Origin: Octopus vulgaris
Taxonomy: Eukaryota
DNA: 64,000 bases
Assembly: GCA_951406725.2 (NCBI GenBank)
Contig: OX597822.1
Location: 24,242,001 to 24,306,000, forward strand
Direction of reading: 5' to 3'
Shown here: positions 40,186 to 54,707 of the stretch, piece by piece
Layout: every line of letters begins with the position of its first letter
How positions within the stretch are numbered: the stretch's first letter is position 1
The notes under the pieces: model-generated
Databases searched by the model: none
The model's input: the letters and a program-made list of their open reading frames with translations, nothing else
What the model was told of the DNA's origin: nothing
Program-made: the position numbers and the translations under genes

Positions 40186-41906
40186 TTGTATATATTTTGG
40201 TTAATAGAATTACCATACAGGCTGTAACACTTGTATTTATGGCCAGAAGATCTTGTGTTATGGTAATGTCTTCTTTTACATGCTTGCATGGGTCAGACTA
40301 CAATATGTTGGCGTAGAGTCTTCTACAGTCAGATAGCCTTCCTGTTACAAATTCCCTCTTGTTTCCAAATAAAGTAATAATCTCTCAGTCTAGTGAACAG
40401 CCCAGACATACATACATACATAGAGAACTGGAATCCAACAACACTGAAATGAACCATTTGTTTACAAAGACCACACAACATGTCAAGACATATGATGACG
40501 CCCCAATCATGCTTTTGTAGTGGATTGCAACCAGATGACACCATTAACAAACAAATTGCTTACAACTAACAAGTGAAATACATGTGTTTATGAGAAGGAA
40601 ACATGAAGTCACTCATACACACAAGCATAAACATCATCATTTAATGTCTGTTTTCTATGCTGGTATGAGTTGGATGGTTTGACAGGAGCTGGCTATGCCA
40701 GGAACCACCCTTAGTTCCATAGTCTCTTTTGGCTTGGATTCTATAGCTAGATGCCCTTCCTAATACCAACCAATTTACAGTGCATACTGGGTGCTTTTTA
40801 CATGGCACCAGTACACACATTTGTTCCTTCTCGAGCCATGCCTGGCTCATCAGGGCCAGTTTCCCGGTTTCCTTGGCGTATAGGTTCCCCACCTGGACGG
40901 GACACTGGTCCGTCGCAGGTGAACTGCAAAATGCAGGAGGAAAGAGTGAAAGAAAGTTGTGGCAAAAGAGTCAGCAGAAGTTCACCATTACCTTCTGCCA
41001 GAGCCGTGTGGAGCTTAGGTGTTTCGCTCATAAACACACACATCGCCCGGTCTGAGATTCGAACCCACGATCCCTCAACCGTGAGTCCGCTGCTTTAACC
41101 ACTATGCCATGTGCCTCCACTCAGTACACACATACACGTCCATATACGTATATGATGGGTTTGTTTCAGTTTCTGTCTACCAAATTCATTCACAAGGCTG
41201 TGAGCAGCTTGAGTCTGTAGTAGGAGACATTCTCCCAAGGTGCCGTGCAACAAGACTGAACCTAAAACCACACAGCTACAGCCATGTCTATGCCTTCTCA
41301 TCCTTTCACTTTTGTTGTCCATTTTTTTAATCCTTTAGCAGTCAGATTATTCTGTCAAATATAAGGTTTATTTATTCGTATTGTTTTGAATTAATCATAC
41401 ATTATCTCATAGCTACAAGATTTCAATGATGTGATTGTTTATTTTTAGAATGACATTTTAGGATGGTTGTGAGAAGCTGGTTTGAACATAAAACAAATAG
41501 AACATTTGGGTCGGATGTGGCCTGTTTAAAGGCTAAAGGATTAAAAAGAGTTCCAATCCTTTTTGCTTCTCTCCTCAAACATTTATCACATGGAGATCTG
41601 TTCCTTCCCCTTGTTTCCCAAATAGACACAATCTTTATACACTTATAAAATATAATCTGATAGATATAATCTTAATTCCTTTATAGATATAATCTATAAT
41701 GAATACAATATTAATTCTGTTAAATTTCATGTTAACCATTTATGATTTTAAAGTAGTCCCACTAGATCTTATCCTCTGCCCTCACTCATTGTTTCCCTTT
41801 TGTAAGTCCCAGCAAAGTAGTTGCTTAATGTCCATTTTATTGTTGGTTACTTGCTGCCTTCCAATATATAAATATAAGTGACTTCCAATATATAAATATA
41901 TATATA

Positions 41907-42238
41907 CTAGCACTATGACCCGGCATGCATATACAGCTGCGTGCGTGCACACATACACGCGAGTACTGTCCAAATCTCCGACCAATCACATACATCTAGC
42001 TGGCATTCAATTGGCATATCAAGTTTTGGGCATTTTGATAGAAAATTCACAAAAAAGTCACTTCTATTGAGTTTTTAATGGCTTTGCGGGGTGACTGGGG
42101 AAATGTAAAGATGTGCACGACCACCCTTGGATGGTTTTGAATGACCATAGAAAGTGCGAGCCCTCTAACTGAAAAAGTGTGGATTTGTATAAAGGACACA
42201 CACACAGACAGACATTTTGCCGTTTATATATATAGAGA
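41907..42238 (-). mobile_element. Non-autonomous Helitron, same family, opposite orientation
   Basis: Reverse-complement match to 39821-40185, with the same TC...CTAG termini. Confidence 0.8.
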
Positions 42239-43607
42239 TGAAATAATAATAACAGATGAATGGGTTTTCTGTGTATCTACAATTGTTTCAATAGGAGTTT
42301 TTGACATAAGCATAAATACAATTATATCGATCATGCAATACATTATGTAACTTCTAAATTCATCAGGCAACCATGTAAAATAATTGAACAATGATTTGCT
42401 GAATAAGCCACTGAGTTATCAACGAGTGAAATTTCATATCAGAATACCAATATTCAAAAAGTTCAAAGTGGGTGTGTTCTATGGTTGTCAATCATGAAGG
42501 GTAGAAAGGAGGAAAACTTTTTAATATACTGACAGCTATAGAAACTAAGATTTATTAAACACAACAATCTCACACATGAAGGCAGAGAAAGCAGCTCCAA
42601 TTGAAAACAGCAGATAGCTGGCACCAATTAAGTACTAAATATATAGTTAGTTAGTATACATATGCTTAAACTCATTATATATAAACACACTAATGAAATT
42701 TTGTTTGCGAAAATGCGCATGGCTTACATTAATATGGTGTAACATAAATTCATTTATACTAATATTTATATTCATAAAATGTACGTTCTATGCAGTGTTG
42801 AAATGAACATAACTAAAGAATTAAATGTAATACAATAAATTCCAGTCTTTGATTTAATATACATATATATATATATATACATATATATACATACATACAT
42901 ATATACATACATACACACCATTTATCACATAACCATGAATGCATAATTGCCCATGGGGCAGAGGTATTTAGAGGTGGATCTAGAGTGACAAACAAGGTAG
43001 AGGCATTGATGGGAAAAATGAGAGGGTGCTCAAGGAGAAGAAGCATTCAGTGGAATATAAAGCAGTAAGAGATGATGTTGAGAATATAAGATGGTTGGAT
43101 AAAGGTGGTTTCAAGTAGGGGAGGTGTGTGTGTGTGTACGTACATATAAATACATATATATATATATATATATACATACACATACGTACATGCATACACA
43201 CACACACACATACTTGTACATATATATGGACATGTGGGTTCCAATCACATGGTCTTAGGATCAGTTCCACAGCACAGCACCTTGAGCAAGTGTCTTCTAC
43301 TATTGCTATGGGTTGACCAAATCCTTATGAGTGGATTTCGAAGATGGAAACTGAAAGAAGCCTGCTTCCCAACCACATGGTTCTAGGTTCAGTCCCACTG
43401 CATGGCACCTTGGTCAAGTGTCTTCTGCTATAGTCTGAGGCTGACTAAAGCTTTGTGAATGGATTTGGCAGACGGAAACTGAAAGAAGCCCATAGTATGT
43501 ATATATACACATAGTTAATCAAAACATGAACAAAGAGAAAATACAACAATGTGAGATGTGGAACAAGTATAGTGTTATTGGACGTTCAGGAAAGGAAAGA
43601 AAGAAGG

Positions 43608-43645
43608 AGGATTTAATGTTTCGAGCGGAGCTCTTCGTCAGAAAC
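43608..43645 (-). ncRNA. Minimal hammerhead-like motif of a Penelope pLTR-type module (second copy 11908-11942; related variant 31000-31035)
   Basis: GTTT-CTGACGA-A-GAGC-TCC-GCTC-GAAACATT-AAAT; the copy at 11.9 kb reads CTGATGA-A-GAGC-TCC-GCTT-GAAACATT. Confidence 0.55.
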
Positions 43646-44884
43646 ATAGGAAAAGGAAAGATCCAAGGAAGGGAAGACGGAGGAAAAAAAAATCGCCAAC
43701 GATACACACACGGTCACATATTGAAATGACCGGAAGGGAATGACACACACACACATATATATATTATATATGTATGTATTTGTGTGTCTGTCTCCACCAC
43801 CATTGTTTGACAACCGATGTTTGTGTGTTTACATCCCCGTAACTTAGCAGTTTGGCAAAAGAGACCAATAGAATAAGTACTAGGCTTACAAAGAATAAGT
43901 CTTGGTTTGATTTGTTCAACTAAAGACAGTGCTCCAGCATGGCCACAGTTAAATAACTGAAACAAGTAAAAGTAAAAGAATACATATGTGTGTGTGTGAG
44001 TGAGAAAGAGAGCTCTTGACTTGACATCATGTGAAGGTCATAAACACTGTCATACAAGTGATGATGTTTGTTTCCAGTCTCTTAAGGAAAACATGTCTGG
44101 ACATAGGAAATATTACCTTGCTTGGAAATGGGTGAGGGCTGGCAACAGGAAAGGCATCCAGCTGTGGAAAATCTGCCTCAACAAATACTATCAGACCCTT
44201 ACAAGCAGTAAATTTCAGTAGAAATATGGTAACAAAAGAACAAGTCCTTGAGACAGGGAACAGATTGTTTTCACAGCAAGGACCATAATATACTTAAATT
44301 TCAAAGACATGGCCTCCTGATGGGTAATGCAATGAATTTTAACAACTAGTTTGTATGCAATTCAAAGGCTTTCTATTTGTCTTTGCAACAGAGCAATGAT
44401 GCTTCCTGACACCCATCAGTTGCAGTGCTAGTTAGGTACAACACATCAAGTTTCATTTCTGATCTCAGATACAGCAAAGATTTTAAAATGTCTACTCAGA
44501 TAACCAAATCTTTCATAGGAATTACTTGAATAAACTCTTCAAAAATTCGGACACTTAAGGTTTACTACACACATGAAGAAAACTGGTTGAACAGTGTCTC
44601 TAAAGGCTGCAAGTTCTCATCAAACTCAGCTGGTTAAAAAAAAGGACAAAAATTGCAATTTAGTATCAAGTGTATTAATATCAACTGTTTCTTCAACTCA
44701 TCATGTGATTGTTCTTGCAGTTAAGCTAATTAGATGTAAATAAAGATTTCTTTTTGGGACAAACTACATGATACCAATGCCAGTAAACAGTCGTTAACAA
44801 AGTATCCAGCTATCAGGTGATTAAATGCAATGTGAACCTCAGATAAGCTATTTGAGAAGACAGTTTAAAATAATTTGGGTGAAG

Positions 44885-45525
44885 GAGTCTAGGACATTTA
44901 CCCCTGAGGACAACAACTCCCTAGGCAGTTAACCCCCGATGTAAACCGTATTTTCCGGTGTATAATCCGCTATTTTTCACCTGGGAAATTTAGTGTGCAG
45001 CTTTTTTATAAGTTTCAGGAGGAAAATAATTTGTGTATGGAGATCAAAGGATTCTACTGATTTTTTTCAGAGGAAAGGTCAGTCGGTGAATAACATGAAA
45101 GACAACTGCTAGAGTACATTGGTGCCCGGAAGAAAAGAAAGCATATTTGTTTTGCTTTACCTTCATGTTTTGATAATGTTACTTTTAATCTAATAAAGAC
45201 TTTAGTTTTGATGAAATGTGTTTGTTGTTGATTAACAAAGAAATCAATTGTTAAATAATAAAGAAATGTGTTTGTTGTTGATTATTTCTAGAAAGAAATA
45301 TTTAGATGTTTCAACCTGTATTAATGCCATAGTTAGCAATTATGAAAACATAAATGGGATACAATATTTGCAAGGAATCACATAGAATTTACACTTTTGG
45401 ACAATGATTTAAAACTTCTTAATATACTGGAGAGGGGGTAATTAAGCGGGGGGGGGGGGGGGGTAATTGTCCTGGGGATGTCATCAGAGCGAATTGTCAT
45501 AGGGGGGTAATTGTCCTGATATGGA
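44885..45525. mobile_element. Unclassified non-autonomous DNA element with GGACAATTACCCC-type subterminal repeats
   Basis: GGACA(A/T)TTACCCC motifs at the left end and their inverse GGGGTAATTGTCC repeated at the right end. Confidence 0.45.
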
Positions 45526-46379
45526 GTGAGGTAGACAAAATTTTGTTTTAAGTACATAAAATGGTCCACTAGTAAGTGAAAGCACATTATATACATCCGA
45601 CATTTACCTATATATATATATATATATATATATACATACACAGATATATAATATGTGTGTGTGTGATGGCCTAAAGCAGATATGCAATTTATGTGGGTGT
45701 CTTTTCAAAACATTGTCTGGTTTAAGAAGCCACAACAGACGCCATGATAGATCTAAGATGTAAGTAGAAGTGGTATTCAAACTTTGCATGAGGAGTAGAC
45801 AACTACCATATATATATATATACATACACATATGTCCGTCTTTTATAATTTTTTTATATCACCTGACTCATTACCATCATTGTCATCATTTGATGCTTTA
45901 ATGTGTGTTTTCCATGCTTTCATATGCTGAATGGTTTGACAGGTGCAAGTAAAGCCAGGGGCCAAATGAAGTTCCATTGACTGTTTTAGCATGGTTTCTA
46001 GAGCTGGATGGGTTTTTTTTTATGTGGCACCAGCACTGTTAGGGTTAACAAGTATCTTGCAAAAAACGGCTCAACAGGGACTGGGGGGAGTAGTATTGAT
46101 GGGGTGTGGCTTTGTGCCAGTTGAGAGATTTAAGGTATAGGAAGGACAGATATGGTGTCTGGTTGTAGAGTAGGTACAATGGATATATATACACATTGCT
46201 TTGTGGTTGAGGTATTGCATTCATGATTGTGAGATTGTGGGTTCGATTCCCAGACTGTGTAATGCATTGTGCTCTTGAGCAAAGCACTTCATTTCATGTT
46301 GCTCTGCGATCATTTCAACATCTGATATGTGACACCCAGTTGCACCTGTACAAGTAATGGCGATTTCATGGAGGGAAGT

Positions 46380-47148
46380 CAAGGAGAACTGCTTGAAGAC
46401 AAAGGAGCTCCTGAACAAGTTGAAGCATCCTGTTGAGCCAGAGATGATCTGGTTCTTCTCAGATGAAAAGAACTTCTGCCAGGACCAGTTGCACAACACC
46501 CAGAACAACAGGTAGCTTGCCTACAATCCATGTGATGTCCACATGAAAACCAAGCTCCCCTAAACTGTGATGGTCTTTGGGTGTGTCTCCATTGAGGGTG
46601 ACTAATGCAATTCACATTCTTGAACAGGGCCTTAGGTTCCATTCAGATGGTTGTGTGAAGATGCTGGAAACTGTGTGAATCCTTGGCTGGGGAAGGTTTC
46701 TGCTTGAAGGTTATATGTGTGGCAGCAGGATTCGGCTTCTTGCCATATCTCCAGAAAGAGTCAGAGGAGGTTATCAGAGAATTTCTATGACCTCACCAGC
46801 CCCAATTTCTGGTCTTCTAATTCCCTCAATTGTAATCCCATGGATTATTATGTGTGGGGTGCAGTTGAGAAAGACACCAACCACTCTGCCTGCAGCGAAC
46901 ACATTGTGGCCAAGATCAAGGTGTTCAAAGATTTTCCCTGGGACGTAGTGAGAAATGCAGGCGCCAGGTTCTGGAGCTGTCTTGAGACTGTGGTGGAAGC
47001 TGAGGGTGACTACTTTAAATAAACTGTTATCTCCCAACCATAATCTAGTTGATATTTTGGGATTTAAAAAAAAAAACTTTTATTTTTGAATGGTATAGTG
47101 CTTTCTTTTCCTTTTATGCAAACCGTAAAACTTAACCCGAACACCCTG
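46380..47148 (+). mobile_element. Tc1/mariner superfamily DD37D (maT/Bmmar1-like) transposon remnant
   Basis: WFFSDEKNF ... WQQDSASCH-(37 aa counted)-NPMDYYVW, with stops and frameshifts. The right end is ...GAACACCCTG followed by TA. Confidence 0.85.
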
Positions 47149-47171
47149 TACATACACTCACATATATATAT

Positions 47172-47388
47172 TTCTCTATTGCCCACAAGGGGCTAAACAT
47201 AGAGGGAACAAACAAAGACAGACAAAGGGATTAAGTCGATTACATCGAACCCAGTGCGAACTGGTACTTTATCGACCCCGAAAGGATGAAAGGCAAAGTC
47301 GACCTCGGCTGAATTTGAACTCAGAACGTAACGACAGACGAAATACCGCTAAGCATTTCGCCTGGCGTGCTAACGTTTCTGCCAGCGC
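47172..47388 (-). mobile_element. tRNA-derived SINE family B (other copies: 2192-2422-, 8133-8362+, 14815-15038-, 23400-23625-, 37780-38150-, 62142-62354+, 62595-62821-)
   Basis: GGCGGCGAGCTGGCAGAA...GAGTTCAAATTCC head, central GCCTTTCATCCTTTCGGGGTCGAT..AAGTACCAG, tail CCCCTTGTGGGCAATAAAGAAATA. Confidence 0.85.
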
Positions 47389-47474
47389 GTATAACAATGC
47401 ACTCTAATACAGACAATGGGCTATATACCTGTTTACAAACAATACACAATGCTTCAAGCGAACTACAATACTCT

Positions 47475-47548
<74 letters not shown>

Positions 47549-49479
47549 TGTATGTATGTATGTATGTATGTATGTATGTATGTATGTATGTATGTATATG
47601 CACACACATACCTACCATGCACATACATAATACCATGCAGGATATACATGTCCTACACACACGTATACATACATATACCTAATGACTAAAACATTGTAGA
47701 CTCAATATATATTCACAATCATAATAGAACATTTGTTATCAATTCTAATGGAGATATATTTATGAACGGTCGTCTACTGAGATTTCCGTAATTATCAACA
47801 ATAGGTGTCTTTGTTAGTAGTTCCAAGTCACCTCCGATCCATTATACCTGTAACCAAAGACGTTCTAACCATGGCCATCTTGTCCTATTGTTGCATGTCT
47901 AAGATTGCATTGTCCGATGTATTCCTTTCTTCTTTATGATGGTAGAGTATCGTTTCAGAGTCTTGGCTCATACTTCTAGCAGGCGGAGCAACAACGTAAG
48001 ATGCTGGATTTCGTGTATGAAGCTAATATCTCTGAAAAAATGCACAAACGTCAAACAGTTTTACATCCATCCATCTGACTTGGCACCGCCTTAACTTGCT
48101 CAAATCTGTGATAACATTAAACATTTAGGCTAAATACATTACTGAAATATCTATGTTGCGTCATACTTGACAGGGTATGTGACTAATTTTCATAGAAGAT
48201 GGAATGTAGTCAGTTAAATCCACTACCATTGTATATACATATATTAATACTTAAAAGAAAGAGTTTCTACTTTAGTAGCTCAACCGTTTAGAAAAAAAAA
48301 CTGTCACATCTCCCTTAAACCATTTCTTACTGTCAAGTGTACAAGGGTACATTATTCATTAAACAAATGAAGGCTGATTACGAATATTGATTGGCTTTGA
48401 TCCAGAGGTCAGCTCAAACAGTGATGATGGGAGACTAGCCAACTGGCCCCAGTCATCCACAGATAAGCTAGATTAATGAATCTGAAGAAAAATGAAAGGT
48501 ACAGTCGAATTTACTGGGATTTGAACTCGAAACATAGAGGAATGAGATTATATACTGTAAATGTATATTTCATACTTCGCAACCGCTGCCAATCGCTTTT
48601 CACGAATGCAGAAAAACGTGAAAATTTAATGTAAGCCTGATGCTACCAAATTATTAAAAAAATCTTAGGCCATACAAAATATTAGTTTTATTGGATTCAA
48701 CTGTTTTACTACAGAACATCTTTCTTGTCACTGTTTTAAACGGGACTCATGGAACAAAATCTTAGAACAATTTCATTCATGAACAGAAATAGGAATTAAA
48801 GTACTTTGTCATTCAACAATTATAGGTTGTTCTTATATTATAAGTATTTATACACGCTACTTTTCACGAGTATATCTGTCTATCTACCTGTCTATGACTA
48901 ATTATATCGATGATATACATACTCACACCTATAATTAATTATATCGATAACACAGGGGAGAAAGCATGTGTGTATGTATAAGGAAAGAAAGACTGGAAAG
49001 TAGATACATAAATGTGAGATTAAAGAATATTTAATTTTTTTAAAATGGTATGGTATAGCAAATGGAAATGAGAATATTAGAAATACGGACAGAGACAAAC
49101 ATGATTAGATCGGTAAATATATGGAATAAAGTAAAGAGAGAGATAGGGAAAGGCGTGAAACGGACAGGTGGTTAGATAGATAGACAAATGAAGAATGATG
49201 GACAGAGAAAGATAATTGGATAGAGGCACGAAGGAAAAAGATTGTATATATAGTTCTTGATATGGTAGGGAAATAATTTCAATCCGTTAAGGAAAAATCC
49301 ATTGAATGATAGAATATAACTGACAAAACATACTTATTGAAATAGAAAGAGAAGCATAGCTAGATATATGTAGGTATGTATGTACGTATGGATAATAATA
49401 CTATCACCCTGTCACCTTCGTTTTTAACTTTTGTGTCAATCCTTCTCTCTCTCTATCGCTCTTGCTCGCTCATTAAAAA

Positions 49480-49910
49480 TGTTCGCTGATGGCGAACGTG
49501 CGTGTGATCGTCGTAAAAGAGACGGCAGTGAGTTAATAAAAACAAAATACAAACCTGTAGGTCAGTTGCCGAGGTACAGTCCACAATAGCTGAACGTCAA
49601 AGCTTCTAGTTAGAATCGTCGTTTTCTTTATTATTATTTTTCGTTCTTTCTGTTTGTTTTTTCTTTCTTTATACAAGTACAGTGAAAGTCAATTATAGGA
49701 AATTAACGGTGTAAGCCTAAGAAAAGTTCCTGCTACTGAAATCAATTCCGGTTTTATTTACTCATCACCTAAAATAGCAGACAAATCTATCTCCACGCCT
49801 ATTGACACATGTGACTATAATTGCGTTACGACAGGCACGTGCCGTTCGTAAACACCGAGAGTAAGCAGTAAAAAAAATAATTTGACGACAAAAATAGTTC
49901 GTAACGTAAA
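49480..49910 (-). promoter_or_regulatory. Candidate promoter / non-coding first exon (CpG-richer unique sequence)
   Basis: Locally dense CpG in repeat-free sequence, with a minus-strand donor-like CTACAG|GTTTGT at 49555/49554. The link to the TBC1D24-like gene is inference. Confidence 0.35.
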
Positions 49911-50419
49911 TATATATATGTATTTATTAATATTTGATTGAAGCAACAGAGTGACTAAAGGGCCGAAAGTTTCGTGCGTTAGCACTTATCAAGTGCCAAC
50001 GTACAAAACTCTCGGCCAAATAGTTTGTGTTTTTTTTACGTCCTTTTTCAAGCCTAGCCAGACTCATGGGCCCGGTTTCCCGGTTTCTGTGGCGTATGTG
50101 TTCCCCACCAAGCTGGACGGGATGCCAGTCCATCGTAGCGTTACTCAAGAAACAGGAAGAAAGAGTGAGAGAAATTTGGTGCGAAAGAGTACAACAGGGG
50201 TCACCACCACCCCCTGTCGGAGCCTCGTGAAACTTTAGGTGTTTCGCTCAATAAACACACACAACACCCGGTCTGGGAATCGAAACCGCGAATCCGCTGC
50301 CCTAACCACTGGGCCATAGCGCCTCCACCGGCCAAATAGTACTAAAGTATACACACACACACACACGTTTTGAGTTCTGTTTTCCCTGTTTGTACCGCCA
50401 AACCTGTGTGTATGTGTAT

Positions 50420-50481
<62 letters not shown>

Positions 50482-50830
50482 AAAGGAGGCGTGGTAACAA
50501 GCTTGCTTGCCGACTTCATGGTTCCGGGTTCAGTCCCACTGCGTGGCACCTCGAGCCCACCAAAAGGACAAGTGAATGGATTTGGCAAAGGGAAACTGAA
50601 AGATGACTGTGCTTGTCCCACCCACCCACCGTTTGACAACCGGTGCTGGTATGTTTACGTCACTGTAAGCTAGCGGTTCGGGAAAAGGAAAAAATGGAAT
50701 AAGTACCAGGCTTAAAAAAGAAAAAGAAAGAAAAGAAGTACTAGGGTCGATACATCCGACTAAAAATTCTTCAAGGCGGTGCTGCAGCATGGCCGCAGTC
50801 TAATAACTGAAACAAGTAAAGGATTAAAGA

Positions 50831-50899
<69 letters not shown>

Positions 50900-50915
50900 A
50901 TATATATATATATAA

Positions 50916-50971
<56 letters not shown>

Positions 50972-50972
50972 G

Positions 50973-51003
<31 letters not shown>

Positions 51004-51111
51004 GTGTGTGTGTGTATGTGTATGTAAATGCATTTATGCGTGTGTGTGTGGGGGTGTCCCTGTCTGTATGTGGGGGGGGGGGCGAAACTTAAACAGGTTC
51101 AGACAGACACC

Positions 51112-51153
<42 letters not shown>

Positions 51154-51176
51154 TACATACAAACATACATACATAC

Positions 51177-51487
51177 TGGCACTCCGTCGATGAGTGCTCC
51201 AGTCGATCCGATCGACGGAAGAGCCGGCAAGTGAAATTAACGCGCAAGTGGTTGAGCACTCCACTGACACAAGCACCTTTGACATAGCTCTCAGGGAGAT
51301 TCAGAGTGACACAGAATATGGCAAGGCCGGCCCTTTGAAATTACAGGTACAACTCATTTTTGCCAGCCGAGCGGACTGGAGCAACGTGAAATAAAGTGTC
51401 TTGCTCAAGAACACAACGCACCGCCGGGAATCGAACTCACGACCTTACGATCGCGAGCTGAATATCTTTACCACCAAGCCACGCGCT
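51177..51487 (-). mobile_element. tRNA-derived SINE with CORE-like domain (older copy ~36830-37135)
   Basis: GAGTTCGATTCCC B-box followed by TGTGTTCTTGAGCAAGACACTTTATTTCAC...CTCGGCTGGCAAAAATGAG. Confidence 0.7.
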
Positions 51488-54400
51488 TTCATTACATACA
51501 TACATGATGGCTGCAATCTCGTGTTTGAGTATTGCCATCGCCTGAGCAAGAGTCCCACACATGCGAAAGCTACGACCAGCCCTTTTTGTGATAGGCTTTA
51601 CTTTTATTTTCAAGCGATGCCTGTGCATAAAGATTTTTTTATAGTAGGGAGAGGATTTGCACAAATCCAGTTCCATTCTCTGAACATGAACAACATAAAC
51701 TCGAAAAGAAGAACTAGTCTACATCATTGAATATTGTTAGTGTCGCAGCTTTTCTCTCGGAGTTTCCCTCTCCTAGAGAGATGTGAAAACAGAGGGGGCT
51801 TCCCACTCCTTGTGGGCCAACCGCGCGCCTGGACACCAATCCAGGTATTTCCACGTCCCCGCGTATACATTAATACGTGCATACATACACGTACACATAT
51901 TATTCGATGGCCGTTGACTACTCACGAGCTCTTCCGCCCTTTGACAAGTCATATTTTCTCTGCTGCAGGATGTCCAACAATTACCCTCCTTGCCAAGCAA
52001 GGTTGCCGGTTTAGTCGCCGACGACCTCACCATGCAATAGGCTGTACTGGATTATATGTTACCAGTAGCGCCCAAGAGCGACCTGACTATACATACATAC
52101 AAACTATGAACTCATATTCATACTAATAATAATTGGAGCACTAAGTTTTGTTTGTAAATGCTTAAAGGAGAATCTGGATAAACTGGGATTTTCAGAAAGA
52201 GAAATTGACCAGCAAATTCTCACAATAGAAATGTAATCTGTGAGTGGAACAGTAAAAATATGCAAGACTTTTCTCAAGTTCCAAATGTGAATTTATCTGT
52301 GTTAACTACATCCCAAAGATGGAGCCTTGTATCTTTGTTGGAAATCGGCTGCCTCCTCAGTGGAAGATTTATGATAATTAAAAAATAGAAGAGACGTACA
52401 TACATACACACATACATACATACATACATACATACATACATACATACATACATACATACATACATACATACATACATACATACATACATTGTGGAAGTCA
52501 ACTTGTGACCCAAAAGGACCACTTCCCAAACTCAATAGGTTCGTGCAAACGTTCCGAATGCACAAAAAGTTCCTTTGCATGAATTTGCTTTGAGTGGATA
52601 AAGTGTTGCACAGCACAGAACCCACTCTTCAGCGCAATCAGCTACAAAACCATTGACATAAAAGAGACTGAGTCAATCAGAAACCAACTGCACTTCAGTT
52701 TCTTTTTGCTTCCTTTATACGAGTTTATCTTCTTGAAGGAAGTTCGAACGATAATTAAGGGTCCTTCATCTCCAAGGGATCTCATGCTAATTAACACTTA
52801 GCTGGAACCCTAACAGGTGCTACTATTCTGGGACAGAATAGACTAGGGAATAATAGTGGCTCAGAGATGATTTCACACTCTTCAAAACCCTGGAATTCTC
52901 GTAATTGGGCCCCACCACCGGATGTCGTTTAAAGTCATACCAAGGACACGTACATAGGTAGAAATTACTCCTATGGTATGTCTGTTCTTCTAGCTAGGGT
53001 GACCGTTATAAATACAATCAGACATACGACAGAAGGGCAGACACCCAGCAACAGGCAAACGGTCGAGAGACAGCTTGCGACAGTCAAGCAGCCAATAGAA
53101 AGCAACATATTTAGCATGAACGACACAACACAGTAGCAGTCACACAACACAAACAGACAGGATGGAAAGAAAACACGACTCGACCGAATGACCAACGCAC
53201 ACACAGACACAAAACATACCCGGTTCTACCTCATCACGTCGACACAATATTTCTCCTGTTGTTCATTTTTACTTCACCAATTCGAAGCAGTTGGTAACTT
53301 CATATGGCGGCCCTCCTTGATATTGTGAATCAAACCGTGTGTATCAAATACGTCAATGCAAGTGTGGATTACATAAATGATTTAAATTACAATCCTGTGC
53401 TTTCCACATTGTTTTACGTTGATGTCGTCAACACGCCTATCTTCATCTGCTACACCAACAACACCTTTTGCTACACATCTCGCTACAGGACTATTCATCC
53501 TCCCTGATAATGAATACTACCCCCAGTGGCGGGCACCGCTAACCAAAAAGTTAGCTTCGCTAACCGCTAATCCGCTAACAAAAAAAATTAGCTTCGCAGA
53601 CGCTAAACTGTTAAACAGGTAAAAAAAAAAAATTAGCGGAATCTAATGCTAACTGATGACAGTTAACTTTTATCATATGAATTTAGTTTCGGTTTAGTTT
53701 TTTGCCTTTAAAACCCTTAAAAGCAGGCTTAGAGAACTGACATTTTCATGATGTAGCTTACACATGGAGCATTCCAAAAAGGTATCGCACACCAAGATCA
53801 GATGATGATCAAGGTGTTTGCAAATAATTAAATGAATAAATGAAGTTAAGTACTAGTCTTTCAGTCAACATACACATTATCTACTGTACAAAAAGTATTA
53901 AACGAATCAAAAAGGTGTAGTACAGCATAGGTATCATGCCCAGATCAGATGATGGCTACTCTGGCTGGGCCTTCTCCATCGCCTCAACGTGATGCTGGTT
54001 GCTCTTCATAGACATCAGCCTCTCAAAGTTACCATCTGACAGGGTGGCTCTCTTGGCCGTCAAAATATCTTTGCCTGTAAAGAATAGGTGCTCAACTACA
54101 GCGCTAGATGGGATGGCGGTGTTATACTCTGTGAACAGGTCGATCAAGACCTGCTCATCCAAAAGGGTGACTTCAGTCAGGATCTCCTTTGAAGCAGTCA
54201 GGTCTTCACCAAGTTTTGCGCCTTGGATTTTAGTGGCCTGTGGCTCCTGCTCTCCCGGAACCGACTGATGTTGCTGAAGAAATCATCTTCCTCATCCTCA
54301 CTGCTGGTGCTGCGGCTGCCTACTGCATTGGTCTCCATTAGGGCTATCTCTACGACGGTCTCCATGGCGTTCGTTACTCTGCTAACCTGGCTGTTATTAT

Positions 54401-54707
54401 ACTACTCCAGCCAGAACGGGTGAAACTTGAGATGGAAGGCAGCGGCCAGCTGGCAGTCCAGGTCTTCTAGGAGGAGACCAAGCCTTTTCGTGATGCCTGT
54501 CAGTATCGCGTCTATCAGAGGACTGCAGTACAGGAGATGTTTGAACTTGGCCTCCTTCAACTTCATGACGGGAGCCTCTACAGTTGGCAGAAGACTCCTG
54601 TGATAAGCCTAGTCCTCCCAGATTTTATCCAAGGCTTTGTCAACCTTAGACATCACCTAGGCATACTCCGCCAGGAAGCCGACATCAGAATCAGTGAAGG
54701 TCTACAG

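Noticed and set aside
50760-51193. YIYI/VCVC ORFs here and throughout the window
   Set aside because: Translations of (TA)n, (TG)n and (TATG)n microsatellites.
52262-52372. CTGAGGAGGC motif (minus strand) as another hammerhead
   Set aside because: No GAAA box or stems could be placed.
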